From: Macrostomum lignano
Taxonomy: Eukaryota
DNA: 64,000 bases
Direction of reading: 5' to 3'
NCBI GenBank assembly: GCA_002269645.1
Contig: NIVC01001186.1
Location: 56,204 to 120,203 of the forward strand
A program made the position numbers and the translations under genes. Shown here piece by piece: positions 1 to 11,088 of the stretch. The notes under the pieces are model-generated. The model was not told where the DNA came from. It saw nothing but the letters and a program-made list of their open reading frames with translations, and ran no database searches. Position 1 is the first letter of the stretch; each line of letters starts with the position of its first letter.

Positions 1-447
1 ATGCTTGACCCAATTCTCATCATGACCCAGATGCTTGCCAGTTATCATCATGACTCAGATGCTTGACTAAATTCTGATCAAGACCCAGATGCTTGACCCA
101 ACTTTCATCATCACCCAGATGCTTGACCCAATCTCATCATGACCCAGATGCTTGATCCAACTCTCATCTTGACCCAGATGCTTGACCCAATTCCCATCAT
201 GATCCAGATGCTTGACCCAACTCTCATTATGACTCAGATGCTTGACCCAATTCTCATCATGACCCAGATGCTTGCCAGTTATCATCATGACTCAGATGCT
301 TGACTAAATTCTGATCAAGACCCAGATGCTTGACCCAACTCTCATCATGACCCAGATGCTTGATCCAACTCTCATCATGACCCAGATGCTTGATCCAACT
401 CTCATCATGACCCAAATGCTTGAGCCAATTCTTATGATTACTCAGAT
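1..447. repeat. 30-bp minisatellite (ATGACCCAGATGCTTGACCCAACTCTCATC-like), truncated by the window edge
   Basis: About 15 tandem imperfect copies visible. The HLGHDESWIK ORFs arise because the unit length is a multiple of 3. Confidence 0.95.
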
Positions 448-644
448 ACATGACCCACGAGACGAGACTCAGAATTAACAACTGGCAAAAAACAAATCAC
501 TTTACTCGTACTTCAAGTGTATTGAATTTTTTATATTATTCTTCAACAGGTAATTTATATAACCATGCACCAAACCAATTACCAGCAAACCTAAATTCTT
601 TAGTTGTATGTTTGTCTGACATAGGACGTTACTCATTCATTCAT

Positions 645-1909
645 TCAGTAGCACTTGAACTTCATTACGGTGCGTTTCATTGGAACATATCCGCGTCCGG
701 GTATATGGACGGTGTTATAAGTAGGATTGTTGGTGATTTTCTTGTCGGTTGTGTAAGCTCCGTTGATGTTGCATCCGTGGCACGCTTTGTACCACCATCC
801 GCCGTAGCCAAACTTCTGCGAGCAGGAGCCGCCTCTGTGTGCGTCATGATCTTTGTCGTAGGTGCTGAAGCGACCCCCATTGTGCCAGACGAACGCGGTG
901 CCAAGAGCTGTCTTACCAACCTGCTGACCGACACGCAATAGGTATCGCTGCTCTGGGCCCAGCACTTCGAACATTCTAAACTCTGCCTTGTACTTTTTAC
1001 CGTCGAAGCTCTGGGTTTCGAGCCGCAGTCGGCAGCGAGCGGTGGCTTTGTAGCCGTTCTTTATGCTGGTCTTGGTCATCTCTGACAGCCGATCTAAGCC
1101 TGCAATGGTTTTTGGTTCGTGTATTATGCGTCATACTTTATGACATCCTTGTTGCGGTTTGGCGCATGCATGCGGATTCTAGAGAGAGACTCACCCATCC
1201 AGTAGTTCGATCTGGGATTTCCAAATCCCTTCACGTAGGCGTCCCAATTCTGGGCGAACGAGAGGCTGCCGTCCACTCGCCTCTGGAAGACGATCCAGCG
1301 GCGCCGGTTGCACCTCAGCCTCGGCAGGCTCGCGCCCCTCACTGCGCCGAACCTCACCGGACTGCTTCCGACTCGGCCGAACGCTTCGAACTGCAGCGCC
1401 TCGGCCACGTCCGACGGGTTGCTGAGGAGCTCCTCTCTGAGGTACTGACACCTGCGGAAAGAGCTGCACAGGAAGACAAGATCAGCTGACCTGCCCGAGT
1501 TTTTCAAAATTGTCATCAACGAGAGACCAGACTGACGGCTCGACAGGCCTTTGTTCGCCTTCACTTTCAGTCCGGTGATGGTCACCTGTCCGACTTTCTT
1601 CGAGCCATCCTTGGCCGATCGCAAGGTGTTGGCATCGATGCTAACGGACAGAGTCAAGCGGTACTTCATGTACACTCGGCTGTACTTCAGCGCGTTGCAA
1701 GAAGCCCGGAAGGCAACCCTGGGCTCGGCTACTTGGACTCCGTCGATTTCAAAGACGTTCAAAGACGATCCTCGGAATTTTGTTGTGCCAACACGAGCGA
1801 AGCTGTTCACGTCCGTGTACAGCTGCTGCTGCTGATAGCCGCTTCCTAGCGCCGGAGAGGCCCAGCAGGCAACGCCCAACAGAACAGCGATGAGAGTCCA
1901 GCACTGCAT
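645..1909 (-). CDS. Secreted fibrinogen-related protein (signal peptide + unassigned N-terminal region + fibrinogen C-terminal domain), 2 exons, about 389 aa
   Basis: Exons 1909-1195 and 1099-645. The 95-bp intron GTGAGT..TTGCAG is phase 1 and joins YWM-G-LDRLSEMT. FReD motifs: WIVFQRRVDGS.SF..NWDAYVKGFG, FSTYDKDHD, GGWWYKAC..NING.Y. N-terminus MQCWTLIAVLLGVACWASPALG looks like a signal peptide. Confidence 0.92.
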
Positions 1910-4203
1910 TTTCGCGCTGAAAGAAACTGAAAAGAAATTATTTAGTTTCTTCCGACTGAGGCGCTTCGAAAGCCGCTCAATAGACGGTCTATTTATCAAA
2001 TCTTGCCCGGAGCTGAAAGGAACGCCCACATAAGTCAAACAGTTTTGCGAAAAATTATGAGACAGGTGCAAACCGAAGCGGCGCTGTCAGTTTTTTGGAG
2101 TCCAGCTCAGCAGCTGTTGGACAGTAAATGCAGTCTGTATTGGCATGATTGCAGCTACAGATATACAGCATGCATTTTGCAGTATCTAAAACGCATGCAT
2201 ACCATTTATCCATGTAATTCTCCAGAAATTTTAGCTTCAGAAGATTATTGATTTATTATTATTATTATTATTGATTTATTGCGATAGAAGACTGCTCAAA
2301 ATAATTTTGCATGCTGAGAAGCTTTTTTTTATTTGGAGAGAAGTCTATTGGGAGATTCTCCTTGTATTATGGATACTTCCTTTTTTTCTATTGCAAACAG
2401 CCAAAGCAGTCTTTAGATTCTTGATTTCACGGTCTGTAATCTTGCCCACTCGTTTTGAAACCATAGATATTATATTCCTGTGTATATGATCGTTGATTGA
2501 AACGAGGTTGAAACTGCACGGAAAGTCCATCTAAGTTTGTCTGTGTCCTAAAGACCATTGATGTCAGTGCAAAGTCTGCCGTCAATGGCGTTCTACATGT
2601 ATTTTTGTCAAAACATCAGGGGATTTCAAAATAGCTGTTTGTCAAGGCCTATGCTATTTGCCATGCACAGACACTCAAAAATGGTGCGGTAGAGTACGTT
2701 GTAAGCATAAAAGTAAGTTGATGCATTACGAGCTGTCTATGGCCGAGAGTTTATTAATCAGTTTAGACTTGAATACTCGGAAATTTCTTAAGTTGATTTT
2801 TTGAAATCAAAATAATAGTTTGTGTGGTAACTGAGAGATTCAATTTAGGCTACTGAGAAAAAATTAGATCAGTCGGAATTTGATTCGTAAAATCTTCCAC
2901 AAAGACCGAAAATTTTAGATCGCCATTGTAATTATACTTTTACCCAGACGCAATGAAAAAATATTTTGGCAATTGTTCCACAGTTTTGATGTGTACCATA
3001 GACATTTGGATTGAAAAAATCCATCGCTCAGTATTTTTGTTAATAAATACAGAACGACAAGAAGTAAATGAACAAAAAGGAAAAAAATCATTAAAACTAA
3101 AGTACCAGATACACGAAAAGAGTTAATAATAAATGTCACAGCTAGTGCAGTTTATCAGTTTGTAGTCGAAATTTGACAATGTAAAAATCAATTTGTCAAC
3201 CAAAGTGAAACATGCAGTTCTCAAAGCCGCAGTTTCCAAAGATGCTCGACACTTAGCCTGATGATTTGGCACTGCAAAAGGAGTTGGTCTATGTTGAATG
3301 TTTTCTATGAAAGAGAAATACAGGTGCTCAAGTATAGTTGCCGAACTTACCATTTGAAAGATGCACGACTTGGTTAAGTTGGCATGCGACTGATGAGCTT
3401 CGTCTGATGAGCTTCTTTGGTACCGCAGTATCCAAGCTGGGATTCTTTGGGACTGTCGGCTGCTCGACTGAATCGATTGGCCGCTTTCAGGCAACGTTTA
3501 TAGCCGTCGAGGCGTTGAGGACTGCATGGTCGCGTTTTCTTCCTAGGTAGCGCCGCACGGTTCGTTCAGTCGTCGACAGGAAGATTTTTCCAATTAATAA
3601 GCGCGACTGTTTGACGAGATGCACTATAGCCATAGTTGTTTGACAAGACAAATAGCTTTTTCTCCCACTACTCGCTTTCCTGATTTCTTGCAAGACGCAA
3701 GCGAAACCAGCACTCATCACAGTGTTGTCTATGGTCAAACTAAGCCACACAACTCAGTTGTCTATGGGTAAAACAACTCCTAACACAGCCAATTGAAGCA
3801 TGATAAAAAGTGTGGAATAATGACGGCGACAAAAGTGTGGAATAATGGCCGCAAAAGTGTGGAATAATGACTGCGCTCTGAGTGAAAGTATAAATACAAT
3901 GCACTTGTATTTACGCGCACTCGAGTTTTGGCCATTATTCAACTCAGTTGCATACTATACAATCTACCATTCTTTCACTGCAAACTCGACTGCTCTCGAT
4001 TAATTGGTCTGCACAATTGCAAACTTTAAGTGTCACAATACCTAGGGAGGGCGAATCATTCTCCTTTATCCATGTGTGCTCAGCTGTCTGCAGCCATGGT
4101 TACTGTATTTAAGCTATTCCCACCCAACTTGCAAGGCGGGCAGAAACGATGAATTGTAAAAGTGAATCAGACACGAGATTCGTTTCTCGATCCGATGTGT
4201 ATG

Positions 4204-4435
4204 CCCACTGGGAAAAACGATGTCGAAACGACGTCGTTTTGCGATGTCGTTTCGATGTCGTGGTTTTTCCCCGCCCTACTACGTCGTTTCGACATCGTGT
4301 TTATATCGTTTCGACGTCGTATGTATGTCGTTTCGACATTGTATGTACGTCGTTTTTACATCGTATGTATGTCGCAATGTCGTATTGATGTCGTATTCAA
4401 TTTCATGTAGTTTTCGCGGCCCTCGCGTGTCGTAA
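4204..4435. repeat. CCCACTGGG followed by degenerate (CG)TCGTTTCGAC(A/G)TCGT repeats; possible terminus of a CACTA/EnSpm-type DNA transposon
   Basis: The short repeats are seen directly. The transposon-end reading is inference; no matching inverted end was found. Confidence 0.35.
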
Positions 4436-4914
4436 AATGCAATTTAATCTATCTGCTGCTGATCGATAATGTCCTGCTAAAAATTTCTAAGCCATAAAAA
4501 AACTATCATATACAAGTAGAATAGCTTAAAATGATTCTTTGCTAGATGGTAAATGTACTATTGGTTCAACTTCACTCGAGCTCCGGTATAAAATGATAGA
4601 CAAGCGCACAGAATCACACAGATCATACAGACATACCATTTTGTGCCAGTACGCTATAGCTATAGTTGTAGAAAAACCGGTAAATTCAATTATTGTGCAA
4701 GTATTGAAATGAGTAAAGAGTTGTATGTAAGACAAACCATTTTTAGTATTTAAATATAATGGCACACAAGGTAACAGCAGAAGATACATTTAATTACGAA
4801 AAAGTATAATTTGTATTATTTTTTCTGCTGGCAAAATAAACATGACCATGGCAAAAAGAGAAAAAAGGAGAGAGAAATAGACGAAAAAGAGAGAGAGAGA
4901 GAGAAGAATAGATT

Positions 4915-4945
<31 letters not shown>

Positions 4946-5429
4946 GAAAAAATCGTAACCCGTAAACTAAAAGTAAAAAAAACCATAAAGTATTTTGGTA
5001 ACAGTAACATAAGAGTGATATTAGTAAACAAAGTGCATAAAAATTGAAATTTTGATTAGAGGGCTCAATGAGCTATAGCGAGCATTATAGAGAAACTGTG
5101 AAAACATTGAACCACAAAAAGGGGAAAACTTCGAAAAAGAAGAAAAAGCAAATTTGATAACAGCAAAAAGCGAAAACTCAACGAGAAAACATCTAAATAA
5201 TCTTAAAGTAGTATTATAGAGCTAGCCCATAGTTCTAATTGGTAATTAACCAAGGTGGTGCAATGACGTGTGTCATGACTTATGGGGTGGGGCCGCGTGG
5301 TAGGGGTGGAGTTTGTTTAGTAAGCCTAGGATGCGGCCAAGAAAATTGCCCTCGCGGCGGAGATTGCAGTCGGAAACTGCGCAGTGGAAATCGAGCTCAG
5401 AGGTCAGCTCAGTCCAGCAGGTAGCGCCG

Positions 5430-6580
5430 GACTCGAAAGTGCCACAACTGCGGTAAAGTTGGACACCTGCAGAAAGTTTGCCGCTCAGCCAAGAAAGCCT
5501 CCAGTCCAACGAAAGCCGGAAGGCCAGAGAACGGACCAGAAAACGAAGAGAGCGCACGCAATGCAAACGGAAGAGGATGAGGAAGCAGCAACAGACTGGA
5601 TTTCGCAAGTCACTGCATCGGCCAAGAAGATCAGCGTAAGCCTGCTGGTCAATGACCAGCCCCTCACCATGTAGCTGGACACCGGTGCCTGCGTCAGCCT
5701 CGTACCGGAGTCGGTGTGGAAGCAGCTCGGCCGACCTCTGCTGACACCAACACGCCTGCGACTCCGGACCTGGACGGGCGAGCCAATACAAGTCAAAGGA
5801 ACAGCCGAGGTCAGGGTCAACTACGACGGTAGACGGTATGATAAGCTGCCGCTGGTGGTCACCAGTCAGACCGGAGCCTGCCCATTGCAAGGACGCAATT
5901 GGCTGGAAAAGTGCGACTCAACTGGACTCAGTTGTTTGCCAACCAGATCAGCCAGGCGCCGGCGCAGAACAGCGAGCCTCTTGAACAGATGCTAGAGGAG
6001 TTCGTTGATGTTTTCAACGAAGGCCTCAGGCAGCTGAAGGATCAGAAAGTCGCGAGCTTCACGATTATTACGGATCATCAGCCATTGACGACGATTTTCG
6101 GGCCGAAGGATGGCATCTCCCCATCTGCAGAACGGCGACTTCAGAGATGTGCACGGCTGCTGTCAGGGTACAGCTACAGCATCCAGTTCCGCAAGACTGC
6201 CCAGCACAGCAACGCAGACGGCCTGTCTCGCTTGCCCCTGCAGATGAAGGACGACAGCCCACACGACGATCGGGTCTGTCAGCTGACGGGTGAGTTTTCA
6301 TTGACGGCGTCGACTAGAGCTAAGCGTGGAAGACGGCTGCGTGATATGGGGAACTCGCGTACTGGTTCCGGAAGCATTGCGACCTGGAGTTCTGCGCGAG
6401 TTACACGTGGAACATTTCGGCATGACTCGGATGAAAAGTGTCGCCAGAACCTTCGTCTGGTGGCCAGGAATGGATGCTGACATCGAGTCGGTTGCCAGCA
6501 GCTGCCAAGACTGCCAATCCGTTAAGCTGCATCCGGTGCTGGCACCCCTGGGTGTGGCCAGACCAGCCCTGGGACCGCAT
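5430..6580 (+). mobile_element. Degenerate Ty3/Gypsy LTR-retrotransposon gag-pol remnant with internal deletions
   Basis: Gag CCHC knuckle CHNCGKVGHLQKVC starts at 5440. Aspartic protease LDTGACVS is preceded by an in-frame TAG. RNase H end TIITDHQPL..IF and NADGLSRLP. Integrase Zn-binding region ELHVEHFGMTRMKSVARTFVWWPGMDADIE..CQDC. RT core and integrase core are absent and no LTR pair was seen. Confidence 0.9.
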
Positions 6581-6880
6581 CGACAGGATATTAATATTGA
6601 GAACAGGAGTAACAGGCGGATCTTTTAAGTGGAAAGAATCACATTGGAAAGTAATGCGGGCATGACGACTGCAATAGCTGGGACTTGGGAGCATGGGGAT
6701 TCGTGGTTGAAGAGGATCCATCACCTGGAGGAGTGTGGTACCTGGGTATGGCGAGCAATGGTCAGAGGGTGTATAGGTTCCCTGTCGGCTATCATGTAAA
6801 GTAGGTCTGACTCTATAAAGGATTTTGGACCAGATCCAATGAGGGGAAATAAGCAGTGCACAGGTGTTGTTTTGTCATTG

Positions 6881-8125
6881 TCACAGTTCAACTTCAATCC
6901 TCCTCCCCAGTCGCTGATTCGCGTCTCGCAGGTATCGACCAATGCGGGCCCCGACGGCTGCGTCTGTCATTTGGGTACTTGACATGGCGTCTGAAAAGTA
7001 GAGTGATATTTAAAAAGACTGTCTATATACGACATTTTTCCTACCAAATGTCTCTTTTCAAATTTGCGTGTAAAAGTGTATACTTTACCAAAACGACATC
7101 GTAATACGTGAAAAATTATCATTCATAAAGTAGATTAGTGGGACTATAAAAGGCTAACCACTCACCAATGATCAACGGCTCGATGCATTCAATAATGCTG
7201 ACCTTTGTGCCCCCGGTAGGTCGGCCCTTCACTTGGTAATCTCGACCAGTTCTATTGCACATGGTCTGGAATTCCGCCGTTAATAGAGCGTCAAGCATTC
7301 TTGTGACCTTGCGGTCACAAGACGAGCCTCCAAGGCGTCGCAAGTGACGTACCTAAAATGCAAAATATCTTTTAGGATATAATAAAATCTAAAAATTGTC
7401 TGATAGTACTGTGGTTGGGTATGTATGAGAAGTGAAATAATAAGCGACATTGACAAACATGATGGGGTAAAAAACCTGACTTTAGATACGAATGGCATAT
7501 GCTGGCATTGGAAAGTATAGTTGGTATCACTCACCACGTCAGATTTAAATTCCGGGTCAACGAGACGAGCCTTGAAGTCAGCGTAGGCAGCCAAGCTATC
7601 TATCGGAATGCCGGGTATTGGCGGCCTCGACACATTGCCGCCCTGTTCGGTCCGCCTGTCGCCCTGGACATCCGCCAATTGGGAACGGAGCTTAGCCACC
7701 TCGCTCATGAGAAGGAGCAGCAGATGGGTCTGACCCTCGGTCGAGAATGCATCGATGCCGCGACTCTGTAGGGCATCAATGTACGGCTGCACATCATTAG
7801 CAAATCGCCCATTTGTGGCACGGACTGGTCGTTCAGGGTTACGAACAGCAGTTGGAGCATTCTGGTGCACAGTCGTTGGCGGAAGCGGGACCGCGCACTC
7901 TGTGATTGGGGGGAGCTCGATCAGCCTCCTGCTTTGAAAGACGGGAGACTGTTGACCAGTATCGCCCGCGGAGCAGTGCGCAATAGATGCACGTGACGAG
8001 TTTGCAGCAGATGCACGTGACGAGTTTGCAGCAGATGCACGTGACGAGTTTGCAGCAGATGCACGTGACGACGAGTTTGCAGCAGATGCACGCCAGAACT
8101 CGATGAAGAAGTCCGGTCTGATCAT
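6881..8125 (-). CDS. DUF4806-type protein, 5' end unresolved
   Basis: Exons about 8125-7535, 7352-7166 and 6990-6881, with GTGAGT donors and compatible phases. They give VRHLRRLGGSSCDRKVTRMLDALLTAEFQTMCNRTGR..PLIIDAMSSTQMTDAAVGARIGRYLRDANQR, which resembles the DUF4806 C-terminal pattern (LGG..R.M..L; final W/YLR.A..R). RASAANSS repeats lie upstream. Confidence 0.65.
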
Positions 8126-9209
8126 TTATAGTCTATGGTTATAATTTATATTTTAGTCCATATTTAAAGAAAGGAGGACTGAATTGATTGCTGTAAAATT
8201 TCACAGACTTTTATTTGTGCCTACTGAAATCGTTAGTGTAAGTAAAATATTCGTTTTAATTAATGAAATTACCAATCCGATTTCATAAACATAAAAATGA
8301 CTAAAATAGTCGAGCAAGTGATCAGATGCGCCTACAATTGTTGCAACGGCACGGCTGACCATATCAAAGCGAATGAAAATTCCGAGAACTTCATCTGGAC
8401 AGTGATTGCTATGCAATACGCCGTCGTTATTCTGCCAATTATTTACCGGTGTTTGTTTTCCAGGAATACTGATTAGTCTAAATGTTTTGTTATCACGAAC
8501 TAAATGTAAGCACAATGACTTGTTGTCTAGGCGTGATTTTAAGGAATACTGACTAGCCTATACTAAAGATTTTGCTATAATAGACTTAGAACAATCACTC
8601 GTTGTCAATAAACTAACGCATATTTTCTTATAATACTGATCAGCCTAAATATTTTGTTATAACGAAATAAGCAGAATGACTTAATTATTGTCAATTAACT
8701 AGGCGTATTTTCCAGGAATACTGATTTTCTTGAAGCAAGTCTAATTATAATCTCAAAAAAGAAACTAAAATTAACTACAGATTTGTTATACTTATACTGA
8801 CAAAATAATTGTCTAATTTATCTTTGTAACTTTGAATTCGTATTGATTTCGTATCGCCAATAAAACGAAAGCCTGGATATGGTGCAGTTTTAAAAATAGT
8901 CAGATAAAACAATTGTGGAGCTAACTATATGACCAGATTAATAGCAGAGCGAAAAGGCACGAGTACACCTACAGTTAATGATACGCTCGTAAAATTAAAA
9001 AGCGATTTTATTGAGCGAAATGTTTTGTTCGAACGATCGTAGAAAAATATAAAAATCTCCGAGAAACTGGGATAAATAAAATGGCAATAAATTGAGTCGT
9101 TTAAGAAAAAACTGGGACAGGTTGACACAATCTCCACAACAATTGTTTGTTTAAACAACGCAAGGCAATTTTTTAAATGTATTATACTGATTGATTCCAG
9201 CGTGAAGTA

Positions 9210-9916
9210 TACCTTTTTACGTTCTATCTGACAAAAACTGCAACCAATTTGGCCACGGCTCAGCCTGACGCAGCCGCAGCAATTTTCCATAGACAGCCAC
9301 CGCTAGCGGCAACCAATTTGGTAAAAACTGCGAGCTATTTTGCCAGCTTGAAGATAGCAGCTCAAAAGCATAACAATAACGATAAAGAATGTTAACAATA
9401 CATGCACGAAGTCAGAACATTATGTCCTCAGCATTCAAGCACCGATTGAAGTACGTCTGGGAATGGTTGATCCAGCGCAGGCACTTGAGAGGCGTGAGAG
9501 GCAGTAGGTTGACCTTCGACGAATTGAACAATGGTGTCCACCATAGCCTCCGTCAGCGCCATCCTCTTCACTCCTCCTTTTGGCAGAGTGCCAACTCTAC
9601 CAGTTCGTTCATACGTGGTCACGATGTTCCTCACTGTCGGTTTCTTCATCCCCATCATTCTGCCAAGCTCTTCCCAGTCGTCGCCACTCCTGTACGCTCT
9701 CACGATTCGCTCTCGATCCAGCTGACTTATCTTTTGGTACGGCCCACGATTCGCCATCAGAGCAGCTGCTATCTTCAAGCCGGCAAAACAGCTCGCAGTT
9801 TCCACCAAATTGGTTGCCGCTAGCGGTGGCTGTCTATGGAAAATTCTATGTCTATGGTCAGGCTGAGCCGTGGCCAAATTGGTTGCAGTTCTCATCAAAT
9901 AGAACGTAAAAAGGTA
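9210..9916 (-). mobile_element. Non-autonomous Tc1/mariner-like element, 707 bp, about 155-bp TIRs, TA TSD, keeps only the transposase N-terminal HTH
   Basis: TIRs 9210 to about 9362 and about 9764-9916, both starting TACCTTTTTACGTTCTAT, flanked by TA at 9208-9209 and 9917-9918. The ORF from ATG 9757 (MANRGPYQKISQLDRERIVRAYRSG..LGRMMGMKKPTVRNIVTTYERTGRV..LPKGG) resembles the paired-like HTH plus GRPR-like linker. No DDD/DDE domain. Confidence 0.85.
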
Positions 9917-10354
9917 TATTTAAGGTTCGATGTTTGTATTTTTAGTGTTAAAGATATGTGGCCAATATTCCCAGTTTAATTACAGTTCCCTTAATGGTTA
10001 CTTTTCACTTCGGCACCCCTGGTAATGAGATAAATATAAGTAATATACATTAGCATTATAAAATAGTAATACACATTGGTAATTTACATTAGTAAGAATT
10101 TATAATATACATTAGAACCGCGTCAATTACAGCCGTAGGTTTGTCGTTCAAAAAGAATCCGAAACTCCAGGAAAGTTTGTCCCAGTGCACCTGGGTCCAT
10201 TTGACATGGATTGGTCTAAAAATGAAAGTACACAGTGCACTTTTCTTCTAAATTAATTGCTATGCCTAATGTTACTATATTCATTATGATGACAATATCT
10301 GAATAGCAATAGCCTAGGTGTACATTAGAGTGCGGTATGTTTGTCAAGTGTCTA

Positions 10355-11045
10355 TAGATCTCATCTTCTGTGTCTACAGATCTCATCGCCAGTGTCTATA
10401 GCTCTCAGCTCATCTTCAGTGTCTATAGATCTCATCTCTGTGTTCATAGATCTCATCTCTGTGTCCATAGATCTCATCTCTGTATCCATAGATCTCATCT
10501 GTGTCCATAGATCTCATCTCCAGTGTTCATAGATCTCATCTCCTGTGTCTATAGATCTCATCTGTGTCCATAGATCTCATCTCCTGTGTCCATAGATCTC
10601 ATCTTCTGTAGCTATAGATCTCATCTGTGTCCATAGATCTCATCTCCTGTGTCCATAGATCTCATCTCCTGTGTCTATAGATCTCATCTGTGTCCATAGA
10701 TCTCATCTCCTGTGTCCATAGATCTCATCTTCTGTAGCTATAGATCTCATCTGTGTCCATAGATCTCATCTCCTGTGTCCATAGATCTCATCTCCTGTGT
10801 CTATAGATCTCATCTTGTGTGTCTATAGATCTCATCTCCTGTGGTTACAGATCTCATCTGTGTGCATAGATCTCATCTTCTGTGTCCATAGATCAAATCT
10901 CCTGTGTCTATTGATCTCAGCTTATCTCCAGTGTCCATAGATCTCATCTACAGTGTCTATAGATCTCATCTCCAGTGTCTATAAATCTCATCTGTGTCCA
11001 TAGATCAAATCTCCTGTGTCTATAGACCTTATCTCCCGTGTCTAT
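10355..11045. repeat. 21-24-bp minisatellite (TGTGTCCATAGATCTCATCTCC)
   Basis: Tandem copies seen directly. Confidence 0.95.
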
Positions 11046-11088
11046 AGCTCTCGCTAAATACATGTACTGTACATTGTGTCCAAAAATC

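Noticed and set aside
67-481. ORFs with HLGHDESWIK repeats
   Set aside because: Products of a 30-bp minisatellite; no splice or homology support.
3123-3750. Short ORFs and a CAAATG|GTAAGT donor-like site on minus
   Set aside because: No recognisable homology and no consistent exon chain; could be a non-coding exon but cannot be supported.
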